NCBI GenBank assembly: GCA_020536535.1 | Contig: JAHLWZ010000034.1 | Coordinates: 10,827 to 74,826, forward strand | Length of the DNA: 64,000 bases | Direction of reading: 5' to 3' | DNA from: Pelomyxa schiedti | Lineage: Eukaryota; Protista; Evosea | Made by a program: the position numbers and the translations under genes | The notes under the pieces: generated by a model | Seen by the model: only the letters and a program-made list of their open reading frames with translations | What the model was told of the DNA's origin: nothing | The model's database searches: none | Part shown: one piece after another, positions 25,412 through 39,130 of the stretch | How the letters are laid out: each line of letters starts with the position of its first letter | Numbering within the stretch: the stretch's first letter is position 1

Positions 25412-27276
25412 ATGCAGGGACCCTGTAAGACTTCGCATCTCCACTTACCACCTCTAAACCTGCCAACAGGCAATAATAACAAGGAGACAACGTGTTCGTC
25501 GTGTGAAAGCTCAGCTGCCACAGTGACGTGCCAAAACTGCGGCGTTCTGTGCGACGCGTGCTCGAAACAATTGCACTCAATGAAGGTTCTCTCGTGGCAC
25601 ACCCCATCCCCAATCTCCGGGCCACACCAACACGCAACACACAACGGACCTGGGACAACGGCAGGAGCCACGGCCGCAGCCCCAAGCACCAAGCATGTGG
25701 CGGAAAAGGAGACGCTGTGCCCAGTGCACGGCAAGGAACTTGACATGTTCTGCGTGAAGGACGATGTCCCCGTGTGTGCGCAGTGTTTGCTCCTGGGGCC
25801 ACACAGGGACCCGACCACGTGCACCCCGCACGCCTGCGAGTCGACGAACGACGCGGTCGCGAGGATGAGGAGGCAGCTGGGCGACGGGAAGGCGTTCTTG
25901 TCAACACTGGGTGACACTCTCTGCGCGAGAAAAAGCCGGCTCGCTGCTGAGCAGAGACGAGTCGACGAGGTTTACATATCCCATATCCCACGCGTATCTA
26001 AGGTACCAAACTCATGTGGTTTGTTAAAGAGGGTTGAATCTGCCAAGGCTGAGGTTCGCAACATCTTTGATGCTCTAAGGGCAGCACTTGGAGACAGGGA
26101 AAACGAACTGATTGCCGAGATTGAAACATGGCACTGTGAGAAGGGTGTGCACTGAAACCATCAAACGGTTCCGGCTCTCTAACTTTCACTTTCTCCGTAA
26201 TGGAACTCCGTTCAGCCGCAAATATCAAGAGACTGATTGATCAGGTTGATGCGTCATCCACAGAAATTTCACAATCACAGTCGGCCCTCAATAAAGTTGA
26301 GCTTCTTCCTTCCTTTCCATTTCTGCAGTCATGCAAACGGTCCCTTGATATCAATACCACCTGCTTTCGCGCAAATCAAGTCCCAGCTGAAGAACCACCC
26401 GAGGAAATCGACTTTTGTGCAATAGGGGCACAGTCCATCACCCAACAAATCACTTCTTTCGGTGTGATTGCAACTGGAGTCTCAATCGCACACAGTTCAT
26501 TTTCTGCCAGTCCTCAACAGTCCTACCTTGGTGTTGCAGATACAATAGTGATCAAGGTCACACCATCACTTTGTCGCAAAAATGGACAAACTGCCAATGA
26601 GACCGCGGCATCAAAGGTGCCCTTGCAGTTGATTGCCTGTTTCGCCGTGTGTTTTTTTTCTCTTTTTTCAACAACTCACCAAAACTGTTTGTAAACAAAA
26701 AAAAAGAATGACCCCAATGGACTCCTACGCACAGTGCCAGTGAAAGTGAACGGCCTCTCTGTTGAAGTTGGTCCATGTACACAACCAGGAACTCACAAAC
26801 TGTCACTGCAACTGCATCCATTCGTAACACCAGTCATTGTGACTCTGAATGTGACCCCTGTGGTCGTTGCCATCGGGAAATCAAATGCCACGTACCCAGG
26901 ATACCGCATGATGACCCTGAGAGACTTCACTCAGGAACCAATGAAGACCAGAGTCTTTGATGTTGCCTCTGCGCACGGCGGTGCATTCCTGAGCCTCGCC
27001 TCGTTCACACCTAACAACATCTGCCTTATACAAGAGGGATTTGTGGAGTTTGGTGGGGCTTCCAAGTACCTGCAGGCCACCAGCACCTACGCGACGGGGG
27101 ACACAGCACCAGTTGGGCAGTGGAACGTGTGCTATTTATACCAAGACACTGGTCGGACCTTCTCACAGTTGAGGGCAGAACCTGTAACATCGAACGGGAG
27201 AAGTGCTGAGCCATACAAGTCTGACACCATTCCGGCTCTGTTTGTGTCAGACATTCCGTCGACCCGCAATTCGTGA
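25412..27276 (+). CDS. B-box zinc-finger / coiled-coil protein, paralogue 1
   Basis: B-box1 CSSC..CQNC..LCDAC..H; B-box2 CPVHGKELDMFCVKDDVPVCAQCLLLGPH; coiled coil; Ig-like segment; conserved C-terminal domain. Confidence 0.88.
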
Positions 27277-27382
27277 AAATTTCCTTTATCTGGTAACTGT
27301 TTAAAAAAAAAAAGCCACTTCGGGATTCAGCCCGAACCGTTTTTTTTTTTTTTTTTGAAATCAGGAACAGTAATAACGGACG

Positions 27383-29137
27383 ATGAAGTGTTCGTCGTGC
27401 GAGGTGGCCGCAGCGACGTTGAATTGCCAACACTGTGGGGTTCTGTGCTGTGCGTGCTCGACCCAATTGCACTCCATGAAGGTGCTCTCGTGGCACACCC
27501 CATGCCCAATCTCAGAACCACAACTGTCTGATGTCAACAACGCACCTGGTACAACCGCAGCGGCAGCGGCACCCGCGGTCTCGTCGGCCGCAACAACAAC
27601 AAGGCTGGAAAAGGAAATGCAGTGCGCGGTGCACGGCAAGGAGATGGATCTGTTCTGCGTGAAGGACGATGTGGTTGTGTGTGCCCACTGCTTGCTTAAG
27701 GGGCCACACATCGACCCTTCAACAGGGGTGCCGCACACGAGCGAGCCACTGGAAACCGCTGTTGTGAGGATGAGGAAGCAGCTGGGCGACGGGAAGGCGT
27801 TTTTGTCTGAGCTGAGCGACACTCTGTGCGCAAGAAAAACCCAGCTGGATGCTGAGCAGTGCCGCATTGCCGAGGTTTCTCTTCCCTGTTGAACTGGAGA
27901 TTACCCACTCAACTCCCATGCTTTTTTTTTTTTTTTTGCTTTTTTTTTGAAGAGGTGTGAGGCTGCCAAGGCTGAGGCGCACAGACAAATTGCAACTCTC
28001 AGAACGGCACTTGGGGAAAGAGAAAGCCAACTGATTTCTCAGATTGAAACACTCAGCAGCGAGAGGGGTGTGCTGCTTTCTCTTTTTTTTTTTCTCACAA
28101 CCTTGAAGTTGCAAATATCAGGAGACTCTCTGATCAGCGGGATGAGTTATCCACACAAATTGCACAATCACAGTCGGCACTGAAGAACGTTGAGCTTCTT
28201 CCTTCCTTTCCCTTTCTGCTTTCATGCAAACAGTCCCTGGAGACACATGTTGCACCCCTTCGCACAATACAGCTGTCTGCTCCTGGGCTGGATGGGGAAG
28301 TAGAATTTTACCCCCCAAACCCTCAGTTTGCCACGCAGCAAATCATGTCATTCGGTTTTATTTCGCCTGGAGTATGCTTCAAACAGAGCTCATTTTCAGC
28401 CAGTCCTCAACAGTGCGACGTTCACATCACTGAGACAACAGTGATCAAGGTCACATCGTCACTGTGTGACCAAAATGGACAACCCGTCAACGAGACTGTG
28501 GCATCAAAGATACCCTTGCAGTTGCATGCTTGTTTCGTCGTGTGTTTGACTTCATACTCCCCAACCAAACATAATAAAACTCATTAAAACATGCTAGGAT
28601 TCTCCCAGTGAAGATCCACGAGTGAAAGTGAATGGGCTCTCCGTTGAAGTTGGTCCTTTCACGAAACCGGGGCACCACAAACTGTCACTGCAACTGCATC
28701 CATTCGTAACACCGGTTGTTGTGACCCTGGATGTGAGAACTTTGGCAATTGGAATCGGGAGATCAACTGCCACATACCCGGGGTACAGAATGATGATCTT
28801 GAGCGACTTCACTGAGGAACCAATGAAGACCAGAGTCTTTGATATTGCCTCTGCGCACGGTGGTGCTTTCCAGAGCCTCGCCTCGTTCACACCTAACAAC
28901 ATCTGCCTGATACAAGAGGGATTTGTGGAGTTTGGTGGGTCTGACAATTACCTTCAGGCCACCAGCACTTACGGGACGGGGGACACAGCACCAGTTGGGC
29001 AGTGGAACGTGTGCTATTTATACAAAAACACTGGTCGGAACTTCTCACAGTTGAGGAACGAAGCCGTAACAGCAAGAGGACCAGCCAGAGCAGACGCCGT
29101 TCCTGCTCTGTTTGTGTCAGACACCCACAGTTCGTGA
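27383..29137 (+). CDS. B-box zinc-finger / coiled-coil protein, paralogue 2 (tandem duplicate)
   Basis: Colinear with 25412-27276 including intron positions; CAVHGKEMDLFCVKDDVVVCAHCLLKGPH; start approximate. Confidence 0.85.
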
Positions 29138-29203
29138 AAATTTCATGCCTTGAGCTGGAAACCAAAAACGAACTAGTTACGTAAAACAAAAAAAAGTGTC
29201 ATT

Positions 29204-32200
29204 TTAGCCCCCCTTGTGAACAAAGTGGTCCTCCTTTTCAGATAATTCGATGATTTTGACCAGAGCCTCAGGTTCAAACAACTCACTGCATGCGGCATCC
29301 ACATTCCACTCGTAGCGACGCAAGGCAGCCTGAACAACCTTGCGGGACATTTCAGGGTGAACTTCCAGCACTGAGGATACAAGCTTTTCGATGTCCTTTG
29401 GGAGCCACGTTGTTGGGTGGTGTGTGGCACAGTCCGGGTTGTGGCACTCTTTTGGTGGGGTTTGTTGCTGGCCTGTCGAGGGTTTGTTTGTTGTGGTGCT
29501 ACTGATGGAGTTTCCTCCACCATCGGTGGTGATTGTTGTGTTGGAAGAGAGGCTGCCGGGTGGGGCACTGGGTGGCCGGCTTGGAACTTCTGCTGGAATT
29601 GTTCCGGAAATGACTGGTGCTTCTGCGGGAAGGGTTGTGGATGTTGATGAGGGCTGCTGGTTTTTGGTTGTTGATGCGGTGGCTTGTGTTGTTGCTGGTG
29701 TTTGTTGTTGGTTTGTTGAGGAGGCGGGTGTTGCGCCGCCGGGTTCTTGTTGTTGTGCCTGTTGTTTCTGCTGCATTTCTTTCTGTATTCGTTCCTTCTC
29801 CTGTGCCTCCTTAGCTTCGAAGTATTTGTGGAGAATCAAGGGGTAACACGATTATAGTTTGTGAACAAGGAAATAAATTGTAAGGATATTCTTGCCACTG
29901 TTTGGCTGTGAAGTTTTCAGGCGGTACCACATCCGGATTTGCTTTCTTGTACATTGTGAGGGCCTCTTTTGCTTCGCGAATGCTTGTGGTTATAAGCACG
30001 GCTTCCTCTTTCTGTTGTAGTGCCACGTCACTTTCTACTGCGGGTAATTCCTAAATAGTAGGTTTAAAAGAAAAGAAGAAAAAGAAAATGGTGTGCAGGG
30101 GATGCTCACAATTTCCTTCATTGCGTTCCTCAGTGAAGTGAGTGACATATATGTTGAATTTCTCCTCCAGCTCTTGTCTTCACTTGGTGTTTGTGTTGAA
30201 CTTGGGTTGGTGGTTGTGGAGGTTGGTGGAGGTGCGGACTCCACCGGAGAAGCTGGAGGGGGAGGTAATTTAGAGGTTAGAGCCTCAATATCGGTGAGAC
30301 ATTCAGGTCCAAACAGGGTTCTGTGAACAAAAGTTAGGAAAGAAGAAAACCTTGTGGTGATCAAATAACCTGAGCTTGTGATCCAAGTAGGAGGAAATCC
30401 ACATAAGCTCGTTTTGGTGTGCGTTCAGGTACCTTGTTGCAGACGGTACTGTTGCATACATTCTCACAATGAACTTCACCATATTGTATGTTTGTGGGAC
30501 ATAACGCATGTGATGCTCATGGATGAGCAACAAGACTCCCTTTTCACTGTTGGGTATTGGATAGTTGGCTAAAATGATGATTGCTCGCATGTCTTGAAGA
30601 GAGTCGTTAACCTTGAGCATGCTTTCCAGGTGACCTTGTTTTAGACACGATCAGATTAAAAACGAAAAAATGAATTTGATATCCAATACCAAGCATAATT
30701 GGAATTTTTTCTGGAGCTTCAATGGATGGCAGATAATAATTTAGTATCCACAGTGCTCGTGTGATTAGATATTTGGAGCGACATGAATCTTCCCAGGAAA
30801 GGTGTTGCAGCATTTCGCATTCTGCTGGATTATTATAATTCATCTCCAGCATTGCTTTAAGGAAAACCTATGGCCACCTGTTAGACTGAATTGTATGACA
30901 GACGGGGAAATTTCAGACCGGCTCTATCAAATGTTTTTTTATGCCTGGTGGTGTTGGCAAAATTGTTGTGTTTGGCTAATTGACTGTAAGAAACGTTATA
31001 ATAATTAACCTGCTCATACCAACGTAAGTGGCGTCACTCCATCTTCAAAAGGACCCTGGAAACATCCACGTACAATGAATCCCAGGGCGCCAATGAACTC
31101 CACCAAGTCTGGAAGTGTTTGGTTGTCCATAACTAACACACGTGTACCCTAACAGAAAGAGTCAGTGTATTAAAGAAAGTTAAAAAAAGGGAAACATTTT
31201 TGGGATAGCCCATGAACCAATCGTTATACAGTCCAAAAATATCTTTACTAATGAGATAATTTCGCTAAAAACCGAGTTAGCAGCAGGGGAAAGTGGGAAG
31301 AAGACGAAGGCAACTTGTTTATGCCCCATTGCAGCAAATCCTTGGTACAATTTGAAGTACTGCTTAAACCGTTTCCAATAACCCCTACAAGGCTCAAGCT
31401 AAAAAAAAAAATAAGAAAATGAAAAATAGAGAAGAGCTTGGCTTTTACCAAATCAAACACTGCTTCCATGAACCTTACTGAGATGGCCTGAGGCAAGGAA
31501 ATTGCTGGCTCATTTTCCTAGAGGAAACAAAAAGGAAGATGAGAGAAGAGTCGGCCCAAGGAATTACAAACTTTGGTTGAAGGCTCAATGGCATATTGTT
31601 CCCATATTTCGTACTCCAATGGAGATAGACATTTAAGTGCATGAATGATCAAGTCTGAGACATAAATTCGTATCTACCAGAACATGAGAAACGAGATTGG
31701 AATTGCAAAGTTTGCCATACTCTTTCAACAGTGCATTCAAGTAACATTTCTTTCAACTTTCCAGAGGTTCTAATGTACTCCAGAAGCCAGCGGCAAGCCT
31801 TTGATGTGTAAAAACTTTCGGTTCGTATTTATTATCAGTAAATCGTGAGCTGAAAGACGCACTGGGATGTGGTTGGAAAGATGGCTTTTAAGTTGATTTA
31901 TCCAATCCCCAAAGGACTTCGAGTGTCGGGCATGAGCCAGAGTTTCAAATACGAAGTATGTAGCAAGTTGAAGGGTTTTAAATGCAACATCATTCGCGTC
32001 ACATTCCAAATCTGTTGAGGTTAAACTGGAGTTTCAGTGGAAGAGATCAACCAAGCTTTGGCTTGAAAGAAAGTAGTTTAACAATTTCCAGCAAGAAGTC
32101 GAAGTATGCTGGATCAAACAATTGACAATCACGGATAAACTTGGCGTTTTCTTCATGAACTTGCCTGAACCCCAACAGTTAGATTAAAAAAAAATGTAAA

Positions 32201-35200
32201 AAACAAGTCTTCTCAACTTCAGGAGACCCGTTGTTAGAATTCCATCTGCAGGGTTTTCCTTTGGCTCCTAGTAGAACGATGAGGATAATGCGGTCATTGC
32301 GGAAGGACCTGCATTTTTTTCATAAAACAGCATATAGGCACTGCAAGTTCTTGTACTTTCACTCTTCACTTGTTGTTTTGTAGATACGTCCCAGTGAGAA
32401 ATTGTATGCTTTCCACCATAGCATTCTGAAGCGAGATTTTTCTAAATTACTTCACTAAAGGAAAGATCAAGATTTGAGGAACATACCACATCAAACCGGG
32501 AAACACTCCTATCATTAAATTCGTACCATTTACCAATTGTCCTATCTTTAATTATGGAGTAATAGTGACCTGACTCCGCCTCACCACTATGGACCAAGAC
32601 ACCAACTAATTGATACTCATAATAGCTTTGTGGTAATGCAGAAGCTTGCTCTCTTTCTCTTTCAGAAACAGCCAATCCATCCCTTTCAGATAGACCCTCA
32701 ATTGTCCAGGGTTTCATGTTCAAATTCATTGGAAATTCGAGAAAGTCATGCAGCTTCTTATGGTTTGCATTGAAGTCATATTCAAATCTCTTCAAATGCA
32801 CAATGAGTGTTGGAGGAAGTTCCTTGACGCAGACTCGTTTTATGGCATTCACTTTACTGCTGTACTGGTCACAGTAGAATGCATTGTCACCCTCAAGTTT
32901 ATCAGGAGCAACATAGAGATCAAAAGCTTCCTCGAGTGTTTTCTTGTTCTTGATGTCAATTGATAGCACATGGAAATCCTCCAACCTCTCAGATGAATAG
33001 GGCATGTCTTTTTCCACACTTTTTATTTGATTTGCAAGCTTACCAACAAAAAATGTGGGGAGTTGCTTCTCCTGTGGGGTTCCCTTCAACTGCTGCTCCA
33101 AACGTTGCCACAGAAAATTGAAGAACTCATCAACATCCTGCTGGTGATGGATTACCATAGTCTGACCAGTTGCTTCTTGGTAAGCACTACAAAATCCCTC
33201 AGTGTTATAAACACCTTTAGCACTCTCTTGCAAATTGGCAAACATTGCTTGTAATTGACCAACGAGGGATTTCTTTGTTAAGTGAGATGGAGGATTCGCG
33301 GCCGTGGAAGTGGGTTGTGCATTTGGCTGAGCTTGTTCAACGGGCTCTTGAAGTTCAACAGATAAGAGGGTTTTGACCAAACCCTTGATCATGAAAAGTT
33401 GCTGCAAAAAGGAATTCATGTAACATGTATTGCCAAGATTAGTTAAGCCCACAAATCCAGAATCAGTTTTGTCCTGTTCCCCAGGGTGGTAATCCCATGA
33501 AGTCACCCTAATTGCAGACAGGCAGCAAGTCAATGAAGTTCAAGGAAAGAGAAGTAACTTACTTGAGACCACCGCTATGATGTGGCATAATCAACTGTAT
33601 AAGTTCTATCAAATTCTCCTGGTGATTTTTACATAGCTCAACAAGAAGAGACAATATGGCAATTCTTGCGGCTGAGGACTTGCATTTAGGGAATGGTGGG
33701 GAATCAACACCAGCGCGCATCGCAAATAAATCCAAGTACAAATCGCCTATAATGCTAGTCCCAGTCTCCTTCCATGCAAGAGTGATACTCCGTTTTAAAT
33801 CGTCACTCTTAGATAGCAGAGAATTTAGAAGAGTTACAAGGCCAACTAGAAAATCGTCAACATCTGAAGTGCGTAGCTCAACAATGGGCCGGCTTCGTAT
33901 CAAAGAACCAATGTGTGTAGAAAGAGTGGAAGGAGAAAGAGAGTTTGGCCACCCCAGAATATAGCACAATTCGAAGAGGCGGCACATCAAGTTAAAATAT
34001 TGTTTACAGTACTTTGTCTGAGCTTTGTCAAACTTGTCACTAGTCTCTGGCAAAAACTGAAGAAGTTGTGTGCAGAAGAATGTTAGTGCACCCAGGTGAT
34101 TTGTGCGGCGGACAAGCTCGAAGAGACCCTCAGCACAGGCCTGCCGTATACTCTGCTCTGGGCAAAGAAGAAGAGCAGCTTTGAGATGTTGAGTACCCTC
34201 AACCTGTGACCGTAACTGTGTGAACATCTCTTCCGGGTTGCTGGTGAAGCAAAATACCACTAGTGTCATTGCATACATTACCAGTAGTCCATCAGAACGG
34301 TCAGGTGAGGGTTGAGCAGCTGTTTGCCAAATCATGGAAAGCAGCAACTGCTGCAGTTGCTTGAAATCGAATATCTTCAGCTGAAGGTCAACTGCGGCGG
34401 GAGGAATTTGAGCTAAGATCAGAGACTCCAGACTTGCAGACTCAACGTTCTTGCTCAAAACTCTCAAGAAGAACTCGACAATCTTGAGGATCAGTGCTAA
34501 ACAACTCTTGTAAACTGCCTGTGTGGCATCACTGAACAGAGCAGTGTTGGAAATGCTTGTGCATAACATATTGTATAGGTGCCTCAAGCCTCCCTGTGTG
34601 AGAAAGCTTGAGCACCAATTTATTCTTGTTGGGTCCTCAACTGACTTCATATCCAACGGAAATACGATGGAATCAACCATTTGAAGAGAGTACAGCATCT
34701 TGAAATGGGAGTGTGTGTCAAATAGCTCACTCCAGTCTGGTGTTTCACCAGATTCCCCAGAGCGTCGGAACTTCAGAAAGTGCATGTCTTGTTGCATCAT
34801 CTTTGCTGTTGGGATATCCATGAGTAACTCCCATGTTCGCATGCAAATGGAAGAGTTTTTAGAGTTCAGAAGCTGGAAAATTTGATCAAAAAGGGAACTG
34901 TTTGACGCAATAAGGTAGCCAGGGTGCTCTTCAAAAACAAGAGACACTGCTTGAGAGGATGACTGTGAAGATGATTGCGAAGGAGCCAGAAGTTCTGCAC
35001 GCTCTGCCTCGGCCGTGAGTTCACGACGCTTAGTTTCATCAAACATATATGCAGCAGCTGTGTCAATAACCCATCCAGTCTTCGTAAGTACAACTACTGC
35101 AAGTGAGCGAGAGATTGCGCAGAAATCCATGAGTTGTGCAATTTTGGCATCGGCATCCGCGGGTGGTGCCACAGCAGGTGGGGGTGGGGCAGGGGGTGGA

Positions 35201-38200
35201 TATGAATTTGTAGAAGTGATACGAGAACGGTTGTAAGTCTGCTGCTCGGAAGTGAGTTTTTCTGGAAAAGACACGGAAACCAGTTGCTTGTCGGTGACAT
35301 TAAGTTGTTGAAGTGTGACAGTGTCATCTAGTAAGACATCACGATTCATTGTTATAATAATGTCACTTGTTTGACCAGAGAAATTTGGCCCAAGGGACAC
35401 CTTAATATGCTGGCGAAGGTCACCAACTGTCACGTTGGAATGTAAATCAAGAGTAAAATCTGTCTTTGTTTGTGCTGTACTGTCAGGCTGGGTTGTTGAA
35501 GGGGAGGCAGTTGGCATTGCACTGGAAAGGCAAACTCGGAGAGTTACTGGTTTTCCACGTGTAGTGGAGCCATGTGATTTACTTTTACTCTGTGCGGTAT
35601 CGTACTGTGAAATATATTGTTTCAAAATAAGGAGACATCTCAATATTCCTGGTTCAGATTGGGTAGACAGTTGGCTAAGGAAGGCCTAGAGATAAAATAA
35701 TCTTCAAAAAAAGACAAGAAAAATAGAGGTGAGTACCAGGCATGTGGTCAAAAATTCTTCATGTAGTTCCACAACACTAACGGACTTCTTCAGGCCAGGG
35801 GAAAATGAAGAATGTATTCTCTGTAAAAGCTGAATAGCACTTCTAGAAACACTTTCTGTTGTAGAGAAGGCTATTTCCCATAAACGAGTGTAGCCACTAA
35901 GCTTCTTGGGTTTCGAGAGGACTTCAAAATCATCAGGCTGAGTATTAATCAGTCAGAGGTATTGGGTAATGAGAGGAGGATACGAAGCACCTTTTTAGGG
36001 CTCCACCCTACAAGCTTGAGATGGGAATTAATTTCACCAAACCACGCCTTGAAGCATCGAAATTCAGCTTCTGAACACGGAGAAAGAGGAGTGTGCCCAG
36101 AACACATCTTATCATTAAACAATGCAATCATGGCCAGCATGCCAATTGCAGCATTACCACCTTCAACAAGTGGAACCCGTATCATAAGAAGCCAATTGTA
36201 AAAAATTTCAGACATGACAGCAGAGTTTGAGCCCACCATGAGGTCCCATAGACCAAAGAGCTGTTCAAGCTTCAAATCTTCAATACCAGTGAAACAAGTT
36301 CATTTACCCAATGGAAGTTTACCTAAGGAAGACGACAAAATGAGACGCAAGAAAGATAAACGGGAGTCAATCTCTTTGTTTGCATCATTTCCATTCTAAT
36401 TTTAATTGGAAAATTGCGCAATACAAGAACAAAGAACCTTATCTACTGGAAAGGTGGCAGACTTGATATAATGTGTGAAGTCAACTAAGAATATTTCCAG
36501 TAGACTATACTCTCCTTCCATATCTTTTATTAAAGATGCTGAATCTTTTTGGTCTGCTTCTTGTTTTTGTGGGAATGTGCCTTTGTTATAAACAAACCAT
36601 GAGTAAGATAAATACACCATCTATTAGAATAACACACTGAGAATGGCACAGAGTAATTCATAGTTGCATCCCACTGCCGTTCCTTCTTTAATATTGGTTA
36701 TTAGTTTCTTTATCCACTCCATTCTGAATGATTTGAATTGAGGTGTCTTGGAAATCTCCTGGAGATATGAGAGTGCTTGTGTGCGAACATCTAGTGAAGA
36801 GCAGTTTGACGGCTGGGAGCAACTAGCAATTTGCCAAAGGAGTTCAATCATCTCACACTATAGATTATTAGAACTTGAAGCACTTGATATTTAGGAACCC
36901 TGTGCTGTGTCTCTTTGCATTTTCGGCTGAGGTCATTTATCAGATACAGAACATTCATGGGCATTGACGGAAAAGGTAAAGCCTACCAACTATGAGACAA
37001 ATGAAGGAAATGTGTGGTACAAACCTTTATCAAGCTGAGAAGCAGTTCTATTTTATCAGGATGAAAACTGGAACAATCTGCTCCAATAGATCTGGCAGCC
37101 GTAGTGGCCACAGTTTCATGAGAGTTCTATGCCACGTGAAAAAAAAAAAAAGAGAGAAACAGTTTAAAGATAACCATGATAGTGTTCCACATTATCGTGA
37201 GATGTGCTTCTGTTAAAGCATTTGCTGTGGCCAAAAAGCGTAACAAGTCAGACATTCGTGAGAGAAGTTGCTGATGTGCCGACGGTCCGTAAAGTGCATC
37301 AATGACGCCATTGTCTTCAAGCCATTTGATGAAGTATTTTGAGGTCATCCACTTTGTGGACTTGGATGCAGTTGACTGGGGTGCAGATTGCTTTTTTTTT
37401 TTAGTGGTTATTGGATGGAAGTTGTAGCAACAACCTCAGAATTTCGTATGTAGAGTGACATGTTGCTGATACTTTGAAGCCCATAAACTCGCTTTTCTAA
37501 GAATCCACTGGTGAAACACTTTAGGGCTACACTAAGAGACATTGTTTCCATGATTTCACCACATTCAGCTGCAGGTATAACCTTAACTGGATTAAAAGTC
37601 ACAACAATCAAAACCTTCTTACTGATTCCAAAAGGTGTGTCAGTTGTAGAATAATTTTATCAACATCATCCTTCTTCATTAGCTTGATCTCTTCATTTGT
37701 GATGTTCTGCAGTCTGTTATTAACAAGTGTCTGCAAATCCGATATCAGAGTTGGTTGTAATGTTGGAAGCAAGCACTTGCTGTTCTTCATCTTCAAAGTT
37801 GTTTGTTAAAATTAACACAAGTTTGAAAGGTGTACCAAAAAGAATATTTCTACAATAATGCGAATATCGGATATGGTACATTTAGTTGGCCCTTTGGCAA
37901 TATGGGCCAAAAATATAGGGAACCCCTTCTTTGCGCCAAAGAAATTTAACAGCTCAACTACCATAGTGTTGTTAACATTGGTTGTCACTGTCTGTTGCAA
38001 AATAATCAATAAGACTTTTTGGTGGAGATGAGCAGTACTGGTACAACAGCAAAACACAGCTCTGGGGGAAGAGATGGTTCAGTTAATGGTGTTGCCGTTT
38101 TAGCCAAGTAGAAAACCAGATCAGTATTGAAAATATAGGTGAGAACTTCAAAAATATCAGATGCCCCACGTTCTAGAAAAGAAATGGAACTCTCAATTAC

Positions 38201-38912
38201 ACTCTTTAAAAACACCAAGAGTTTTTCTATAACTCTGTCCTCTGTGAACCTGGATTGGTTTTTTTTTTTTTTAAATGAAAAGGACAATTTGAATTCATCA
38301 TGTACTAACTTGTGGTTCATTATCTTTTTCACAAATCCAAGCAAACCAGTGGCAGTGAAAAATGTTTGTTGGTCAGTTGGGAGCTGTGCCTCTGCCAGCT
38401 TAGTGAGCAAGCCAGTCATTCGTTCCACACACTCCACAGTATCTCTCTCTTGGACCCACTTAATTCAACAAATACAAATGCAACACAGTAACTTCCAATG
38501 CCATAACTATCCACGCACAACACAGTATCAATGAGGAAAAGAAAAAAAGAAAAAAAAAAAAAAAACCAAAAAGCAATAACCAAAACAAACAGAAGGGTGC
38601 GAGGAGTGTGCTGTCCCACTCACCAAATTCCACCCTGTTCTCACAGCATTTCACCAGACCCCTGAAATCCCCCTCCTTCACCGAAGCAAACGGCGACGCC
38701 GGCACACTCGTCGTCGTTGCAGTAGTCGTGGTCGTGGTGCTGGCGCTGCCGCTGGTTGCCGACGAACCCCCGCCACTCGGCGCCGCGGGCGTCGCGGCCG
38801 ACGCAGCCGTCGCGGGCGTCGTCGAGGACGATGATGACGATGTGGCGGCATTTACTCGTTTGGCATTGAGGGGGTCGTCGTCCACGGGCTCACTTCGGGC
38901 CACTTTGCCCAT
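29204..38912 (-). CDS. Large ubiquitin-specific protease (USP9/USP24/USP34-like) with internal Ubl, UBA and C-terminal UBA/CUE-like domain
   Basis: Cys box GLTNLGNTCYMNSFLQQL, QQDVDEFF, His box GVLVHSGEAESGHYYSII..WYEFND; long helical N-terminus with LEKRVYGL motif; C-terminal VQAALRRYEWNVDAACSELF. Confidence 0.92.
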
Positions 38913-39130
38913 TCCGGTTTTCTTTTTTCTTAGGTGCGTGTTGGCTCGGCCGAGCGTCTTTTTCTTGGATTTTGTTTTTTCGTTGGGTTTTTTGGTTGTT
39001 TTTCACCCAATTGTTTATTTCTTTCCTTTTTGACCTTTCGGCGGTGGGAACACCCAGCATCGATGGGTGGGTTTGCTGCTAACTTGATGTGTGCGGGCGT
39101 GAGTAGTCACTAGAGTTGGGAGCTTTTGCT

